From an uncultured Pseudomonadota bacterium (GTDB lineage Bacteria > Oederibacteriota > Muellerivitia > Muellerivitales > Muellerivitaceae), in NCBI GenBank assembly GCA_963843375.1, contig CAWJKT010000001.1:128001-192000 (forward strand): a DNA stretch of 64,000 nt. The letters are read 5' to 3'. Below, piece after piece: positions 1 through 10,601 of the stretch (its first letter is position 1; each line of letters opens with the position of its first letter). The notes beneath the pieces are model-generated. The model was not told the origin of the DNA. It made no database searches and saw only the letters and a list, made by a program, of their open reading frames with translations. Made by a program: the position numbers and the translations under genes.

Positions 1-1350
1 GTGCCGCCAGGGCACCGGGGCATGCTCCTTTCCAAATACGTTTACGAGGAAATGTTCAAGCTCAAGTCGGCCCATCGGCTGGATCAAATCCATGAGGCCC
101 TGACCGAAAAGGGCAAGAAAATCGCCAAGGATCCGGACCTGCAGGATTTGGTGAAACAGAACAAACTCGAGACCCGCGAAATCGTTCTCCAATTAGATCC
201 GCTTTCCAGCCAGAAGGCGGTGTCTGTTTTACAGGCAACCCTCAATTCCAAAGAAACCGACCTGCCAAAACTGCTCTCGCAGTTCTTCGACACCGACGAC
301 TCCGATTTTGAGGCCCGCTACAAGGTCTTCTACGATCAATTGGCGCCCTTAGTGGATCTTTACCGATTAAAGCCCGGCGAGATGCTTACCATTAAGGCCT
401 ATACCAAAGCAGGTTCAGTGGAGGCGGTCAATGTGAAGATTTATGGTACCTTCCAGTTTAAAGGGCTGGAAAAGTCAGGTTTGGCGGGGGGCCTGAGTCT
501 CATGGACCTCATGAGCTTTCGAGACCTCTACGGTTACGTAACGCCCGAAAAGATGGCCGAAACCCAGTCGCTGGAAAAAGCCGCGGGAGTCAAGTTTGTG
601 TCCCGCGACCAGGCGGAGGCCGACCTTTTTGGGGGCGTCTCCTCTGATGTGGAGCAAAGCCAGCAGAAGGCCATCAACGACAAGGCGGAGATGGGCGGCG
701 GGGTCAAGGTCCAGAGGGTCGATTTAACCCAGCAGGTCTACAGCCAGGATGAAATGGAAAAGGGAGTGGCCATGGGAGCCGCCATCCTCCTCAAGGATCC
801 ATCCCAACTGAAGGAAACGATGAAGCGACTTCAGTTTCTTTGCGACCAGAAAAAGCTAGGCCTCAAGGTCATCGATTGGCAAAAGGCGGCGGGCAACCTG
901 GGCCAGTTCGTCTTCGTGGCCAAATTCATCCTCTACTTTGCCACCTTCATCATCTTCGTGGTGGCGTTGGTCATCATCAACAACGCGGTGGTCATGGCCA
1001 CCCTTCAGAGGGTGAGGGAAATTGGAACCATGCGGGCAATCGGGGCGCGCAAAGGATTTGTTCTGGCCATGGTCCTCACCGAAACGGTGGTGCTGGGGTT
1101 GGTCTTCGGCACGGCGGGCTCGGCATTGGGAAGCAGTTTTGTCCTTTGGCTCAACCATGCGGGTATCCCGGCGGGTAACGAGTTCCTTTATTTCTTCTTC
1201 TCGGGGCCGAGGCTCTATCCCTACCTGAACCTGGGAAGTCTCATCGGGGCCTTCATCGTGGTAGTCATCGTCACCTGCGTCTCGGCGCTATACCCCGCCA
1301 TCATGGCGACGAAGGTTTCACCTATTGAGGCCATGGCCTCGGATGAATAA
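1..1350 (+). CDS. ABC transporter permease, FtsX/MacB/LolC-E family (5' truncated)
   Basis: C-terminal FtsX motif 'NAVVMATLQRVREIGTMRAIGA' followed by TM helices and 'VSPIEAM'; large extracytoplasmic domain; ORF runs off the window start. Confidence 0.85.
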   Translation: MPPGHRGMLLSKYVYEEMFKLKSAHRLDQIHEALTEKGKKIAKDPDLQDLVKQNKLETREIVLQLDPLSSQKAVSVLQATLNSKETDLPKLLSQFFDTDDSDFEARYKVFYDQLAPLVDLYRLKPGEMLTIKAYTKAGSVEAVNVKIYGTFQFKGLEKSGLAGGLSLMDLMSFRDLYGYVTPEKMAETQSLEKAAGVKFVSRDQAEADLFGGVSSDVEQSQQKAINDKAEMGGGVKVQRVDLTQQVYSQDEMEKGVAMGAAILLKDPSQLKETMKRLQFLCDQKKLGLKVIDWQKAAGNLGQFVFVAKFILYFATFIIFVVALVIINNAVVMATLQRVREIGTMRAIGARKGFVLAMVLTETVVLGLVFGTAGSALGSSFVLWLNHAGIPAGNEFLYFFFSGPRLYPYLNLGSLIGAFIVVVIVTCVSALYPAIMATKVSPIEAMASDE

Positions 1351-1374
1351 GGAAATAACATTGGGGAGTCGGGA

Positions 1375-2676
1375 ATGAATCAACTATTGCTTATCGCTTT
1401 TCGCAATCTCATCAGTCATGGAAAGCGAAGCCTCTTTTTAGGCGGCGCCATCACAGGGGTAACGGCCCTGTTGGTCTTTCTGGGATGCCTTTCCTCGGGC
1501 GTTAAGCAGACCATGCTGGACGCGGCCAAGACCGTGGCCACCGGAGACCTGAACGTGGGCGGTTATTACAAGGTGACGGCGGGCCAAAGCGCGCCGCTGG
1601 TCACCGACTACAAGAAAATCCAAGCCATCATCGAAAAGACCCTGCCGGACCTGGACTTCGTGACCGCCCGGGGCCGGGGCTGGGCCCGGTTGGTATCCGA
1701 TCAGTCCAGCATGCAGGTGGGCATTGCCGGGGTGGAGATGGCCCATGAGCCTCGCCTGCCCCAGGTGCTCAAGATGAAAGAGGGCAACCTGCAGGATTTG
1801 GCCAAACCGGGTAACATCCTCATCTTCGAGAGCCAGGCGAAGAAGTTGAAGGTAAAGACCGGCGACAACATGGTCTTTTCCGTGCTCACCGACAGGGGCG
1901 TGAATAACACGGTGGATGTGCGGGTCTGTGGTGTGGCGGAAGACATGGGACTCCTCACCTCTTGGAATGTCTTTTTGCCCCAGGAGACCCTGAATCGGCT
2001 TGACCAGACAAATGATTCCACTACCGGCGCCCTGCTTATCTACCTGAAAGATATGAAGCGTATCCCCCAAGACATGGACCTGCTCCGCAAAGCCCTGTCG
2101 GAGGGGGGCTATCTGGTGGCTGACCGGGAAAGCAAGGCCTTCTGGATGAAGATGCAGGAAGTGAATAAAGAGGAATGGACCGGACAAAAGCTGGATGTGA
2201 CCACCTGGGATGATGAGATCAGTTACGTTACCTGGACGCTTCAGGCCATTGACGGTTTAAGCTTCCTTTTGACCTCCGTACTGTTGGTCATCATCGCGGT
2301 GGGCATTATGAACAGCCTCTGGATTGCCATCCGCGAGCGCACCCGGGAAATCGGAACGCTTCGCGCCATCGGTATGCGGCGGCACCTGGTGATGCTCATG
2401 TTCGTTCTGGAGGCCTTTTGCCTGGGGGTTTTAGGCACGGCGGCGGGGGCGTTCCTCGGAAGCCTGGGGGCTGTTTTCATGAACGCCCTTCATATTCCCG
2501 TGCCGGCGGGAGCCCAGTTTTTCACTATGTCCAGCACCCTGAAATTCGCGCTGGACCCCGCTCGTATTTTCGGCGGGGCAATGGTCATCACCGTCTGCTG
2601 CACTCTGGTTTCGCTGATTCCTTCGTTCAAAGCCGCGCGGATGAGACCCGTCACGGCCATATCCCATGTCGGTTAA
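1375..2676 (+). CDS. ABC transporter permease, FtsX/LolC-E family
   Basis: N-terminal 'IAFRNL..H.KRS' and C-terminal 'IMNSLWIAIRERTREIGTLRAIGM'; RBS-like ggggag upstream. Confidence 0.88.
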   Translation: MNQLLLIAFRNLISHGKRSLFLGGAITGVTALLVFLGCLSSGVKQTMLDAAKTVATGDLNVGGYYKVTAGQSAPLVTDYKKIQAIIEKTLPDLDFVTARGRGWARLVSDQSSMQVGIAGVEMAHEPRLPQVLKMKEGNLQDLAKPGNILIFESQAKKLKVKTGDNMVFSVLTDRGVNNTVDVRVCGVAEDMGLLTSWNVFLPQETLNRLDQTNDSTTGALLIYLKDMKRIPQDMDLLRKALSEGGYLVADRESKAFWMKMQEVNKEEWTGQKLDVTTWDDEISYVTWTLQAIDGLSFLLTSVLLVIIAVGIMNSLWIAIRERTREIGTLRAIGMRRHLVMLMFVLEAFCLGVLGTAAGAFLGSLGAVFMNALHIPVPAGAQFFTMSSTLKFALDPARIFGGAMVITVCCTLVSLIPSFKAARMRPVTAISHVG

Positions 2677-2684
2677 GGAGAGGT

Positions 2685-3509
2685 ATGAAAGACAACTCGC
2701 GTTTGACAGAACAAAATTCGAAGAGAAAAAAAATCGAGGGTTTGTTGCTTTGGACTGCGGTTCTTATAGCTTTGCCGATGTCGGTTTTCGCCGGGACGAT
2801 AACCAAAGACCAGATGGTTGACGTCCTGAAGGGCATCGATCAGCGCATCCGAAGCGGCGGGGATTACAAGGCTCTGGTTTACTTGGAACAGCACCAAAAG
2901 GATAAGCCGGACATCGCCCAGGAAGCCCTGGTCTACCGCCGGGATGCGGATCAAAAACTGATGATCCTTTTTACAAAGCCCAAGACTGATGCGGGAAAGG
3001 GTTACCTGCGGGTGGACCGGAACCTTTGGTATTACGATCCCACAGTTGGAAAATGGGAGCGGCGCACGGACCGGGAGCGTATCGGCGGGACCGACTCGGA
3101 CCGTCAGGATTTCGACCAGTCCGATCTGGCCAATGAGTATGACCCGGCCTTCGCCGGCGAAGAAAAGCTGGGCAACTTCGACGTCTGGCACCTGAAGCTC
3201 ACCGTCAAGCCGGGCGTAGACGTGGCCTATCCCCTGGTGGAGTTCTGGGTGGATGAGGCCACCGGCAATTATCTTAAGCGCCAGGATTTCGCTCTTTCGG
3301 GCCGCTTGATGCGCACCAGCTATGACCCCAAATGGGACAAACTTTACAGCGAAAGCAAGAAAGCGGACCAATGGTTCCCGCATGAAATCCACATTTACGA
3401 CGAAATCGACAAGGGCAATTCCACCCTGGTCATCATTCAGTCGGTGGATCTTTCGGCCCTTCCGGAAAACATGTTCACGAAGGCGTGGTTGGAAACGAAA
3501 AGCCGGTAA
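2685..3509 (+). CDS. Outer-membrane lipoprotein-sorting (LolA-like) periplasmic protein
   Basis: ATG at 2685 after aaggagagg; signal-peptide-like segment; 'FTKPKTDAGKGYLRVDRNLWYYDP' and 'F.KAWLE' resemble the LolA-like family found beside such permeases. Confidence 0.8.
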   Translation: MKDNSRLTEQNSKRKKIEGLLLWTAVLIALPMSVFAGTITKDQMVDVLKGIDQRIRSGGDYKALVYLEQHQKDKPDIAQEALVYRRDADQKLMILFTKPKTDAGKGYLRVDRNLWYYDPTVGKWERRTDRERIGGTDSDRQDFDQSDLANEYDPAFAGEEKLGNFDVWHLKLTVKPGVDVAYPLVEFWVDEATGNYLKRQDFALSGRLMRTSYDPKWDKLYSESKKADQWFPHEIHIYDEIDKGNSTLVIIQSVDLSALPENMFTKAWLETKSR

Positions 3510-3523
3510 GTGAAAGGCACTTG

Positions 3524-4831
3524 ATGAATCGGTTATATTTCCTGGTTTGCATTTTTTGGTTGGCTGCGGGGTTTTCCTGGGCGCAAAACCGGCCCTCGGA
3601 AGCCGAAATGTTCGGCGGGAATTCTTCCACCCCCACGCCTTCGTCAACGGTACAAGCCACTCCCAGCGGGTTTAGCCAAAGCCCGGCTTCAAAGGATTCC
3701 GAGGAAATGACACTGAAACCTCACGCCCTTTTGACCTCGGCGGAGGAAAACACCCAAATCGGCGGGACCCTTTCCACCGAGGCGGATTATTACATACAAA
3801 AGGGAACGCCCTTGGATCAGGATCTCATCAGCAATCCCAACATTCTCTTTCTTTACCTGGATTCCAAACTGGAGAATGACAGCCGAGTTTTCGCTCGCAT
3901 CCGTACCTTCTACGATCCTACTGGGGTTTCCAGTGGCAACCCCACCACCAGCAGTTACACCAACCCTTATGGATTCAGCAACGGCACGAGTGATAATTTG
4001 TCGGTACAGCTTCAGGAATTGAGGATTTCCACCAACATCGACCATGAGCTCTTCTTCACCATCGGCCGCCAAAAGGTGAAATACGGCGCGGCCAAGTTCT
4101 TTAATCCCACCGACTTCCTCAATTCCCAGCCTTACGACTTTTTTCTTCCCTCGGACGAAAGAACGGGAGTGGACATGGTGAAGATGCAGATTCCCTCCGG
4201 TACCGCCAACCTTTACGCGGCGGGCCTCACTGGCGATCCCACCAACGGCAATCCCGCCGGGGGATATTTCCGCGGGGAGTTGGGCTACGATGGCTTCGCC
4301 AATTTCTTGGAAAGCGGTGAGATATCACTCTCTGGCTACCTGCCCAAGGGCCAATCGGGCCGGGGAGGCTTCGATATTTCCCAAGGGGTGGGAGACCTGG
4401 ACGTCTATTTCGAGGGTGCGGCGGGACAGAACTCCGGCGGCGGTTGGGTAGGGGCCTTCAGCACGGGAGCCGATTGGGATACCCGCTACGGGGACCAGCA
4501 GACCGAAATCGTGACCTTTGAAGCGGAATTTGCCGATTATCCCACGGTAAGTACGGGATCCAGTTTCGAGGCCTTTTCCTCGACCCAATTCGGGATTTTT
4601 TCCATCGATTTGGCGGGACCTTTCCGGCTGAATGATATCACTTTTGCGGAGACCAATCTTTACGACTTCAACGGTGAAAGCGGCTATTCCCGCCTGGACA
4701 CGGTCTGCCAGTTCACTGATCGCATCAGCGGGCGGGTCTATGTCGCGGCACCGTGGGGAAGCACGGGAGGCACCTTCAACCAATTCGGCCTTCTGGCCCA
4801 AACGGGTGCCCGCATGGACGTTAATTTTTAG
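3524..4831 (+). CDS. Secreted protein, probable outer-membrane beta-barrel
   Basis: Signal peptide (FSWA|Q); 'FTIGRQKVKYGAAKFFNPTDFLN' segment; amphipathic strands; C-terminal Phe. Confidence 0.6.
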   Translation: MNRLYFLVCIFWLAAGFSWAQNRPSEAEMFGGNSSTPTPSSTVQATPSGFSQSPASKDSEEMTLKPHALLTSAEENTQIGGTLSTEADYYIQKGTPLDQDLISNPNILFLYLDSKLENDSRVFARIRTFYDPTGVSSGNPTTSSYTNPYGFSNGTSDNLSVQLQELRISTNIDHELFFTIGRQKVKYGAAKFFNPTDFLNSQPYDFFLPSDERTGVDMVKMQIPSGTANLYAAGLTGDPTNGNPAGGYFRGELGYDGFANFLESGEISLSGYLPKGQSGRGGFDISQGVGDLDVYFEGAAGQNSGGGWVGAFSTGADWDTRYGDQQTEIVTFEAEFADYPTVSTGSSFEAFSSTQFGIFSIDLAGPFRLNDITFAETNLYDFNGESGYSRLDTVCQFTDRISGRVYVAAPWGSTGGTFNQFGLLAQTGARMDVNF

Positions 4832-4947
4832 CCTATTTTTCCCCAATCTTTAAATGAGTTATAGGACATAGATTTTTTCGTATTAACAGGTTTCACTCTT
4901 CAGTTAGATAATGAAATCTTTGGTACAACCCTTAAAGGATTCCTCTC

Positions 4948-7848
4948 GTGAAAAAAATCGCATGGAAGATCGTGTCATGTTTTTTGATGGCTCTCGTGAC
5001 TTCTCAAATCGAAGCTTTAGAACCGGCATCGTCTCGGGAACACCTGCTCATGGATTTCGGATGGCGTTTCGCGCTGGGTCATGCCACCGACCCGGACAAG
5101 GATTTCGGGTTCGGGACCGGTTACTTCTCCTACTTGGCCAAGGCGGGTTATGGGGACGGTCCTGCCGACTCAAAGTTTGACGACCGGGCCTGGCGGCTGA
5201 TCAACCTGCCCCATGACTGGGCGGTGGAACAGCCCTTTGACGAGAAGGCCAGCTTCAGCCACGGGTATAAGGCCGTCGGCCGGGCCTTTCCTGAGGCCAG
5301 CGTGGGCTGGTACCGCAAAACCTTTTTCATCCCCAAGACCGACCAGGGTCGGCGTATCAGCATTGAGTTCGATGGCGTCTACCGGGATGCGGTCGTATTT
5401 GTGAATGGTTTTTACATGGGCCGGGAGGAAAGCGGTTACAACAATTTCCGTTACGATATTACCGACGTGCTCAATTACGGTGGTCAGAACACAGTAGCGG
5501 TGCGGGTGGACGCGACCATGGAGGAAGGTTGGTTTTACGAGGGCGCGGGAATTTACCGGCATGTCTGGTTGACCAAAACAGCGCCCTTGCACTTAGATTA
5601 CAACGGGACATCTATAACTTCAGAATCGGGGGAAAATTCGGCACAGGTTACCGCTCGCGCCACATTGGTTGATGAGGGAGTCGACGAAAGCGGATTTTGA
5701 AATTGACCAGGAAATTTTAGATGGGGTGGGAAAACCAGTCGTCTCAGAAAGCCAAAAAGGGTTGTCGCTGGAACCGGGAGCGAGAGGAGAATTTCCCATC
5801 CAAATCCAAATATCTCAACCCAAACTCTGGTCTCTGGAATCACCTTACCTCTATAAGCTTGTTACGACCGTCAAATCCGGCGGGGAAATAGTGGACCGGA
5901 CTGAGACCACTTTTGGTATCCGTACCATCACCTTCGATCCCGATAAGGGTATGTTCCTCAACGGTCAGCATGTGGAACTAAAGGGAACCTCCAACCATCA
6001 GGATCATGCCGGGGTGGGGGTGGCCCTGCCGGACGCTCTGCAGTATTTCCGAATCAAGAAACTCAAGGAAATGGGATGCAACGCCTACCGTTGCGCCCAC
6101 AATCCACCCACGCCTGAACTGTTGAACGCCTGTGACAAACTGGGCATGCTGGTGCTGGTCGAGAACCGCCTGATGGGTACGAGTCCGGAGATTTTTGACC
6201 GCTTGAAGCGAATGGTCCTGCTGGACCGAAATCACCCCTGCGTTTTTGCCTGGTCATTGGGCAATGAGGAATGGGTCATTGAGGGCAACGAGAAGGGGGC
6301 CCAGATCGTCCCGCCCATGCAGGATTTCGTGAAGCGGCTTGATCCCACCCGCAGGGTGACGGCGGCGGACAGCGGGGGATGGGGAAAGGGCACCTCTACC
6401 GTCATCGACCTGATGGGGTACAACTATTACGAGCATGGCAACATGGACGAACAGCACAAGGATTTCCCCAACCAGCCCAGTATGGCCACGGAAGAAAGCG
6501 ATACCCACCAGACCCGTGGTATCTATGACGACAGCCAATACGCCCATATGGCGCCCAGCGACCTCAAGGCCGAGGGGGCCAGTATCGAAAAAATTTGGAA
6601 ATACTACATGGAAAGGCCTTATCTTTCAGGACTCTTTCTTATGGACGGGTTTCGACTACAGGGGTGAGGAAAATCCATTCCATTTTCCGGCCATCGCTTC
6701 CCAGTACGGAGTCTTCGACCTTTGCGGTTTTCCAAAGGATTGCTACGACTACCTGAAGGCTTGGTGGACAGAGGAGCCGGTTCTTTTTCTTTCGCCACAT
6801 TGGAATTGGCCGGGAAAGGAAGGCCAGAATATCCAGGTTCGGGCTTTCAGCAATTGCGATGAAGTGGAATTCTTCCTAAACGGCAAGAGCTTGGGGAAAG
6901 AAGCCATGCCGGTCAATTCCCATTTGGAATGGCAGGTTCCCTATGAGCCGGGGATTCTTTCGGCCAAAGGTTATAAGGATGGAAAAGTCGTGGCCACGGC
7001 CAAGCAGGAAAGCACGGATGAACCAGCATCAGTCGCGCTCGTTCCCGACCGCGTCCCAGATTAAGGCGGATGGAGAGGATGTTTCAGTGGTGACGGTGGA
7101 AGTGAAGGACAAAAAGGGAAGGCCTATCCCTACAGCGGGTAATGAAATCCGCTTCTCCCTGGAAGGGCCGGGAAAAATTATAGGGGTGGGGAATGGAGAC
7201 CCATCATGTCATCAGCCGGACAAATACTTCGAGACCGTTTCCCAAATAAAGCTTCTGGGACCCAAAATGATGAATGGGGGCCTGTTGGGAAAAAGGCCTG
7301 AGGTGGAGTATGACCTGCCGGATGAATCCAAATGGCCGGATCTCTTCCAAGGCCGAAACGATGACCAGGGGGAGGTCAGCAAAGATAAGCCGTCTGTCCG
7401 GGTCATTCGTTGCCGGTTTTATCTGCCACAGTTGGATGAATACAGCGAGATAACATTGTTTCCTAAAAGCATCGTGGAGGGTCAGGCCATTTATGTGAAC
7501 GGACACTTGATCGTCGACAAGATCAAGCGTGATGATCCCGGCAGAGCTTATGCGCTTCCGAAGTCCATTTTAAGAAAGGGCCGCAATATCTATGCGGTGA
7601 TAGGGACGGAGCTGTTGAGGCGCTGGAAATGGGAAAATCTGAATGACGACCCCGGGTCCATCCGCACCGTGATCCCCGCAGGCCAGTGGAAACGAAGCCT
7701 CTTTTCCGGATTGGCCCAAGTGATCGTGCAGTCGGATAAAAAAGCGGGGGCAATTGTGCTGAAGGCTACTTCCGATGGACTTGAGGGAACGGTATTGAAA
7801 CTGGAGTCCCAAAATGCATCTTTGAGACCCTCGATACCCGCTCAATAA
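4948..7848 (+). CDS. Glycoside hydrolase family 2 (beta-galactosidase-like), split by three apparent frameshifts (~5680, ~6640, ~7055)
   Basis: Consecutive overlapping ORFs give 'LPHDWAVE', 'GWFYEGAGIYRHVWL', 'KGTSNHQDHAGVG', 'WSLGNEE', 'WTGFDYRGE', 'PHWNW' and 'IIGVGNGDP'; signal peptide present. Confidence 0.88.
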
Positions 7849-7878
7849 CCTGAAGATATTTTGCGATTGGAATAAAAT

Positions 7879-8577
7879 CTAAAGAAGAGCCGCGAACCGG
7901 CTAAAAACTTTTTCACCGATGACTCGGAGGTTTTTGGCTTTTTCGGAAAGGTGATCCTCGATTCGTTCGGGGCGGTTAGGCCCGCCCGAAGGCGTTAATT
8001 CCTTCGCATAAATTGTGGCCCAGCTTTTCACCATTTCTTCTGTAACCTCCAAGTGGCATTGGAAACCATATGCGTTATTTCCTACCCTGTAAATTTGATT
8101 GGGATAATAGTGGTTTCCAGCTAGGCGTACGGCGTTGGTAGGAAGCGTGAAGGTGTCACCGTGCCAGTGAAAGGCCTCGAATTCCTGGGGAACTTCCAAG
8201 AATAGCGGATCGAGCTGGCCCTCCGGGGTCAGCTTGATGGGATACCAACCCACTTCAGGTTGGGCGCCACGAAAAACCTGACCGCCCGAGGCGTGAGCCA
8301 GCATCTGGGAGCCCAGGCAGATTCCCAAAACCGGAAGCGAAGAGGCTAGGCAATGGCGAATGGCGTTAAGTTCCGCCGTCATCCACGGAAAGTCCCTCTG
8401 CTCATAAACTCCCATGGGGCCGCCGAGGATTATGAGGCCATCCCCCAAAAGTTCCGGTATGGGGTCACCCTTGAAGGGTTTTAAGATTTCTACTTCCACC
8501 CTCTTGATTTTTAGGACATCCGACAGGTATCCGAGACCTTCACAATCAATGTGCTGTAAACATGTGATATGGGGCAT
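7879..8577 (-). CDS. Type 1 glutamine amidotransferase (GMP-synthase-like domain)
   Basis: 'GGPMGVY', nucleophile elbow 'LGICLGSQML', 'WHGDTF', 'GFQCHLE'. Confidence 0.9.
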   Translation of the reverse strand: MPHITCLQHIDCEGLGYLSDVLKIKRVEVEILKPFKGDPIPELLGDGLIILGGPMGVYEQRDFPWMTAELNAIRHCLASSLPVLGICLGSQMLAHASGGQVFRGAQPEVGWYPIKLTPEGQLDPLFLEVPQEFEAFHWHGDTFTLPTNAVRLAGNHYYPNQIYRVGNNAYGFQCHLEVTEEMVKSWATIYAKELTPSGGPNRPERIEDHLSEKAKNLRVIGEKVFSRFAALL

Positions 8578-8780
8578 GGGTTTCTCCTAGCTTGGGAATG
8601 TGGCATTTTATCCTATCTATTCCATTTAAAGCCAGTTAACCACCGGGGTCGACCCGGGTTTGGCTGAGGCGCAGGGAGGTTGTCCTCTTGAATTAATTTT
8701 TTTTGCGCCATGGGTGAACTTGGTGGTAAAAATGTCTTAGCCTTTAGAATGATAGAAGGTTTTTGAGTTCAACGAGGAGG

Positions 8781-9480
8781 ATGCCGAAAATGTTATTCAA
8801 CGTCCCGGATGTTATTAATCCTGAACAGGTGGCCCAAATCCGCCAGAAACTGGAAAAGGCTGAGTGGGTGGACGGGCAGGCTGACCGCGGGGCCTCAAGC
8901 GGCGAAAGTGAAGAGCAACAGGGAACTCAAGAAGGGCCAGCCTGCCGAATTGGAGGCCGGAGCCATGATCCGGTCCGCGCTGGAGCAAAACAAAGTCTTT
9001 AACATGGTTTCCTTGTCCTTCAAGGTGTCTCCGCCGCTATTCAACCGTTACGAGGGAGGACAGACCTACGGTCCCCATATCGACAACGCCATCCGTCAAG
9101 CCCCGGACCAGTCAGGGCGACATCTGCGGATGCGCAGCGATCTTTCGGCAACTCTTTTCCTTTCCAACCCAGAGGATTACGATGGCGGCGAGTTGGTAGT
9201 CGAGGATACTTATGGTATCCGACAGGTCAAACTTCCAGCGGGGCACATGGTGCTTTATCCAGCCAGCAGCCTGCATGAGGTGAAAACGGTAACGCGCGGG
9301 ACAAGAATGGCTGCCTTTTTTTGGATCCAAAGCATGGTGCGTGACGAGGGGAAACGAAGCCTTTTAGTGGAACTGGAACTGGCGGTCCAGACGCTTCACC
9401 GCGACCATCCGGACCATCCCTCCCTTGTCCATTTCACGGGTATTTACAATAATCTCCTGAGGCGTTGGGCAGAAGTTTGA
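8781..9480 (+). CDS. ybiX: Fe(II)/2-oxoglutarate dioxygenase, PKHD-type (PiuC/YbiX), one apparent frameshift near 8880
   Basis: N-terminus 'WVDG' in one frame continues as 'TAGPQAAKVK' in another; 'PPLFNRY', 'HIDNA', 'DLSATLFL', 'YDGGEL', 'NLLRRWAE'; RBS gaggagg before ATG 8781. Confidence 0.85.
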
Positions 9481-9556
9481 GGTTAGAGGGAATGGGTATC
9501 TTTATTTGTTGCCGAAAAGCGGGAAGGTGGCTTAAACTTGTAAGGAATAAAATTAA

Positions 9557-9605
9557 GGCGATGGAGTTCGCCACAACCGTCTCTTTGAGAGGCCGATGAC
9601 TCCTA
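9557..9605 (+). ncRNA. Fluoride riboswitch (crcB motif) aptamer
   Basis: GGCGATGGAGTTCGCC...GCCGATGACTCCTA matches the crcB RNA consensus; lies directly upstream of crcB. Confidence 0.93.
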
Positions 9606-9632
9606 TCCCCACCTGGGGATAGGAGTTTTTTA
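9599..9632 (+). terminator. Intrinsic terminator, expression platform of the fluoride riboswitch
   Basis: Perfect 12-bp stem ACTCCTATCCCC-acct-GGGGATAGGAGT followed by a T run; overlaps the aptamer 3' strand. Confidence 0.9.
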
Positions 9633-9653
9633 TTTTGGGGCCAAGGAGGGCCT

Positions 9654-10025
9654 ATGGAAAAATATTTTTTAATTGCCGCCGGAGCAATCCCTGGGGCATT
9701 TTTTCGTTACTGGTTGACTCTATGGTCCGCCAACCAATGGGGTTCTAATTTTGCCTATGGCACCCTCATCATTAATCTCATAGGGTCTTTTATTCTGGGG
9801 TTGTTTTTTCCCCTTTTGGACAAGGGACTTTTCCCCCCTAACGCGCGGTATTTGGTGGCGGTAGGATGGTGTGCCACTTTTACCACCTATTCCACCTTTA
9901 GTTGGGACACTTTCCGATATCTCCAAGAAGGAAACTTGAAATTAGCCGTTTTGAACATTACATTCACATTACTGGGCTGTTTGGTTGCCACTTGGGCCGG
10001 GTTTACCATCGCCAAAGTCCTGTAG
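9654..10025 (+). CDS. crcB: Fluoride efflux channel CrcB/Fluc
   Basis: 'GAFFRY', 'GTLIINLIGSFILG', 'TFTTYSTFS'; four TM helices; riboswitch upstream. Confidence 0.95.
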   Translation: MEKYFLIAAGAIPGAFFRYWLTLWSANQWGSNFAYGTLIINLIGSFILGLFFPLLDKGLFPPNARYLVAVGWCATFTTYSTFSWDTFRYLQEGNLKLAVLNITFTLLGCLVATWAGFTIAKVL

Positions 10026-10038
10026 GAAAGAGAGAAAA

Positions 10039-10407
10039 ATGGAACTTCAAGGCAAATGCAAGGCGCTTCGGATCTATATTGATGAGGACATCAAATGGCA
10101 TAACCAACTCTTGTACAGGGCCATCGTTGAAAAACTTTTAAACACCGGCCTTGCAGGAGCTACTGTATTTAAAGGTATCGAGGGATATGGATCTTCCGCC
10201 CGAATCCATTCAGCCCAAATTATTGAGATCATGGAAAATCTTCCGGTGATGATCGAAGTTGTGGACATCCCTAAGCAAATTCTAAAAGCTTTGAAAGAAG
10301 TGGAGCCCATGCTTCCCCAACATTGTTTGGTGACGGTGCAGGATATTCAGGTGGTCCATTATCATGTTCCGGTAAAAAAGCATTCCAAAACCAAGAAAAT
10401 AAGTTGA
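10039..10407 (+). CDS. DUF190 (PII-like) protein
   Basis: 'LRIYIDE', 'GLAGATVFKGIEGYG', 'LPVMIEVVD'; a common crcB neighbour. Confidence 0.88.
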   Translation: MELQGKCKALRIYIDEDIKWHNQLLYRAIVEKLLNTGLAGATVFKGIEGYGSSARIHSAQIIEIMENLPVMIEVVDIPKQILKALKEVEPMLPQHCLVTVQDIQVVHYHVPVKKHSKTKKIS

Positions 10408-10515
10408 ACGTGTAATGTTTTGATTTAAACATCATTGGTAAATCTATTATTTTTGCCCTTTTTAACCCTAAATTCACAAAAGTGGTATATTTGTAATAAC
10501 GATTTTAGTCATAGT

Positions 10516-10536
10516 GTTTTAGCCATTGGCTAAAAC
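10516..10536. promoter_or_regulatory. Perfect 10-bp inverted repeat upstream of GH5 gene 1 (candidate operator)
   Basis: GTTTTAGCCA-t-TGGCTAAAAC, about 65 nt upstream of the start codon. Confidence 0.45.
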
Positions 10537-10601
10537 TTTTATAAATATTTGGACATGTTTTACCCTTTGGAAAAAAGTATTTATCTCAAAAAGGGGACAC
10601 C

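Noticed and set aside
2418..2684. N-terminal extension of the 2418-3509 ORF
   Set aside because: It overlaps the upstream permease; ATG 2685 has a strong RBS and precedes the signal-like segment.
2673..3647. Long antisense ORFs (also 1438-2187, 37160-37759, 50190-50894, 62468-63301)
   Set aside because: They lie opposite well-supported genes and show no recognisable motifs.
4948..7848. GH2 fragments as four genes, a true pseudogene or programmed frameshifting
   Set aside because: The fragments join into one collinear GH2, no slippery-site pattern is evident, and similar breaks occur throughout the window.
8630..8670. GC-rich palindrome around GTCGAC between divergent genes
   Set aside because: Short and imperfect, single copy, no T tract and no recognisable RNA motif.
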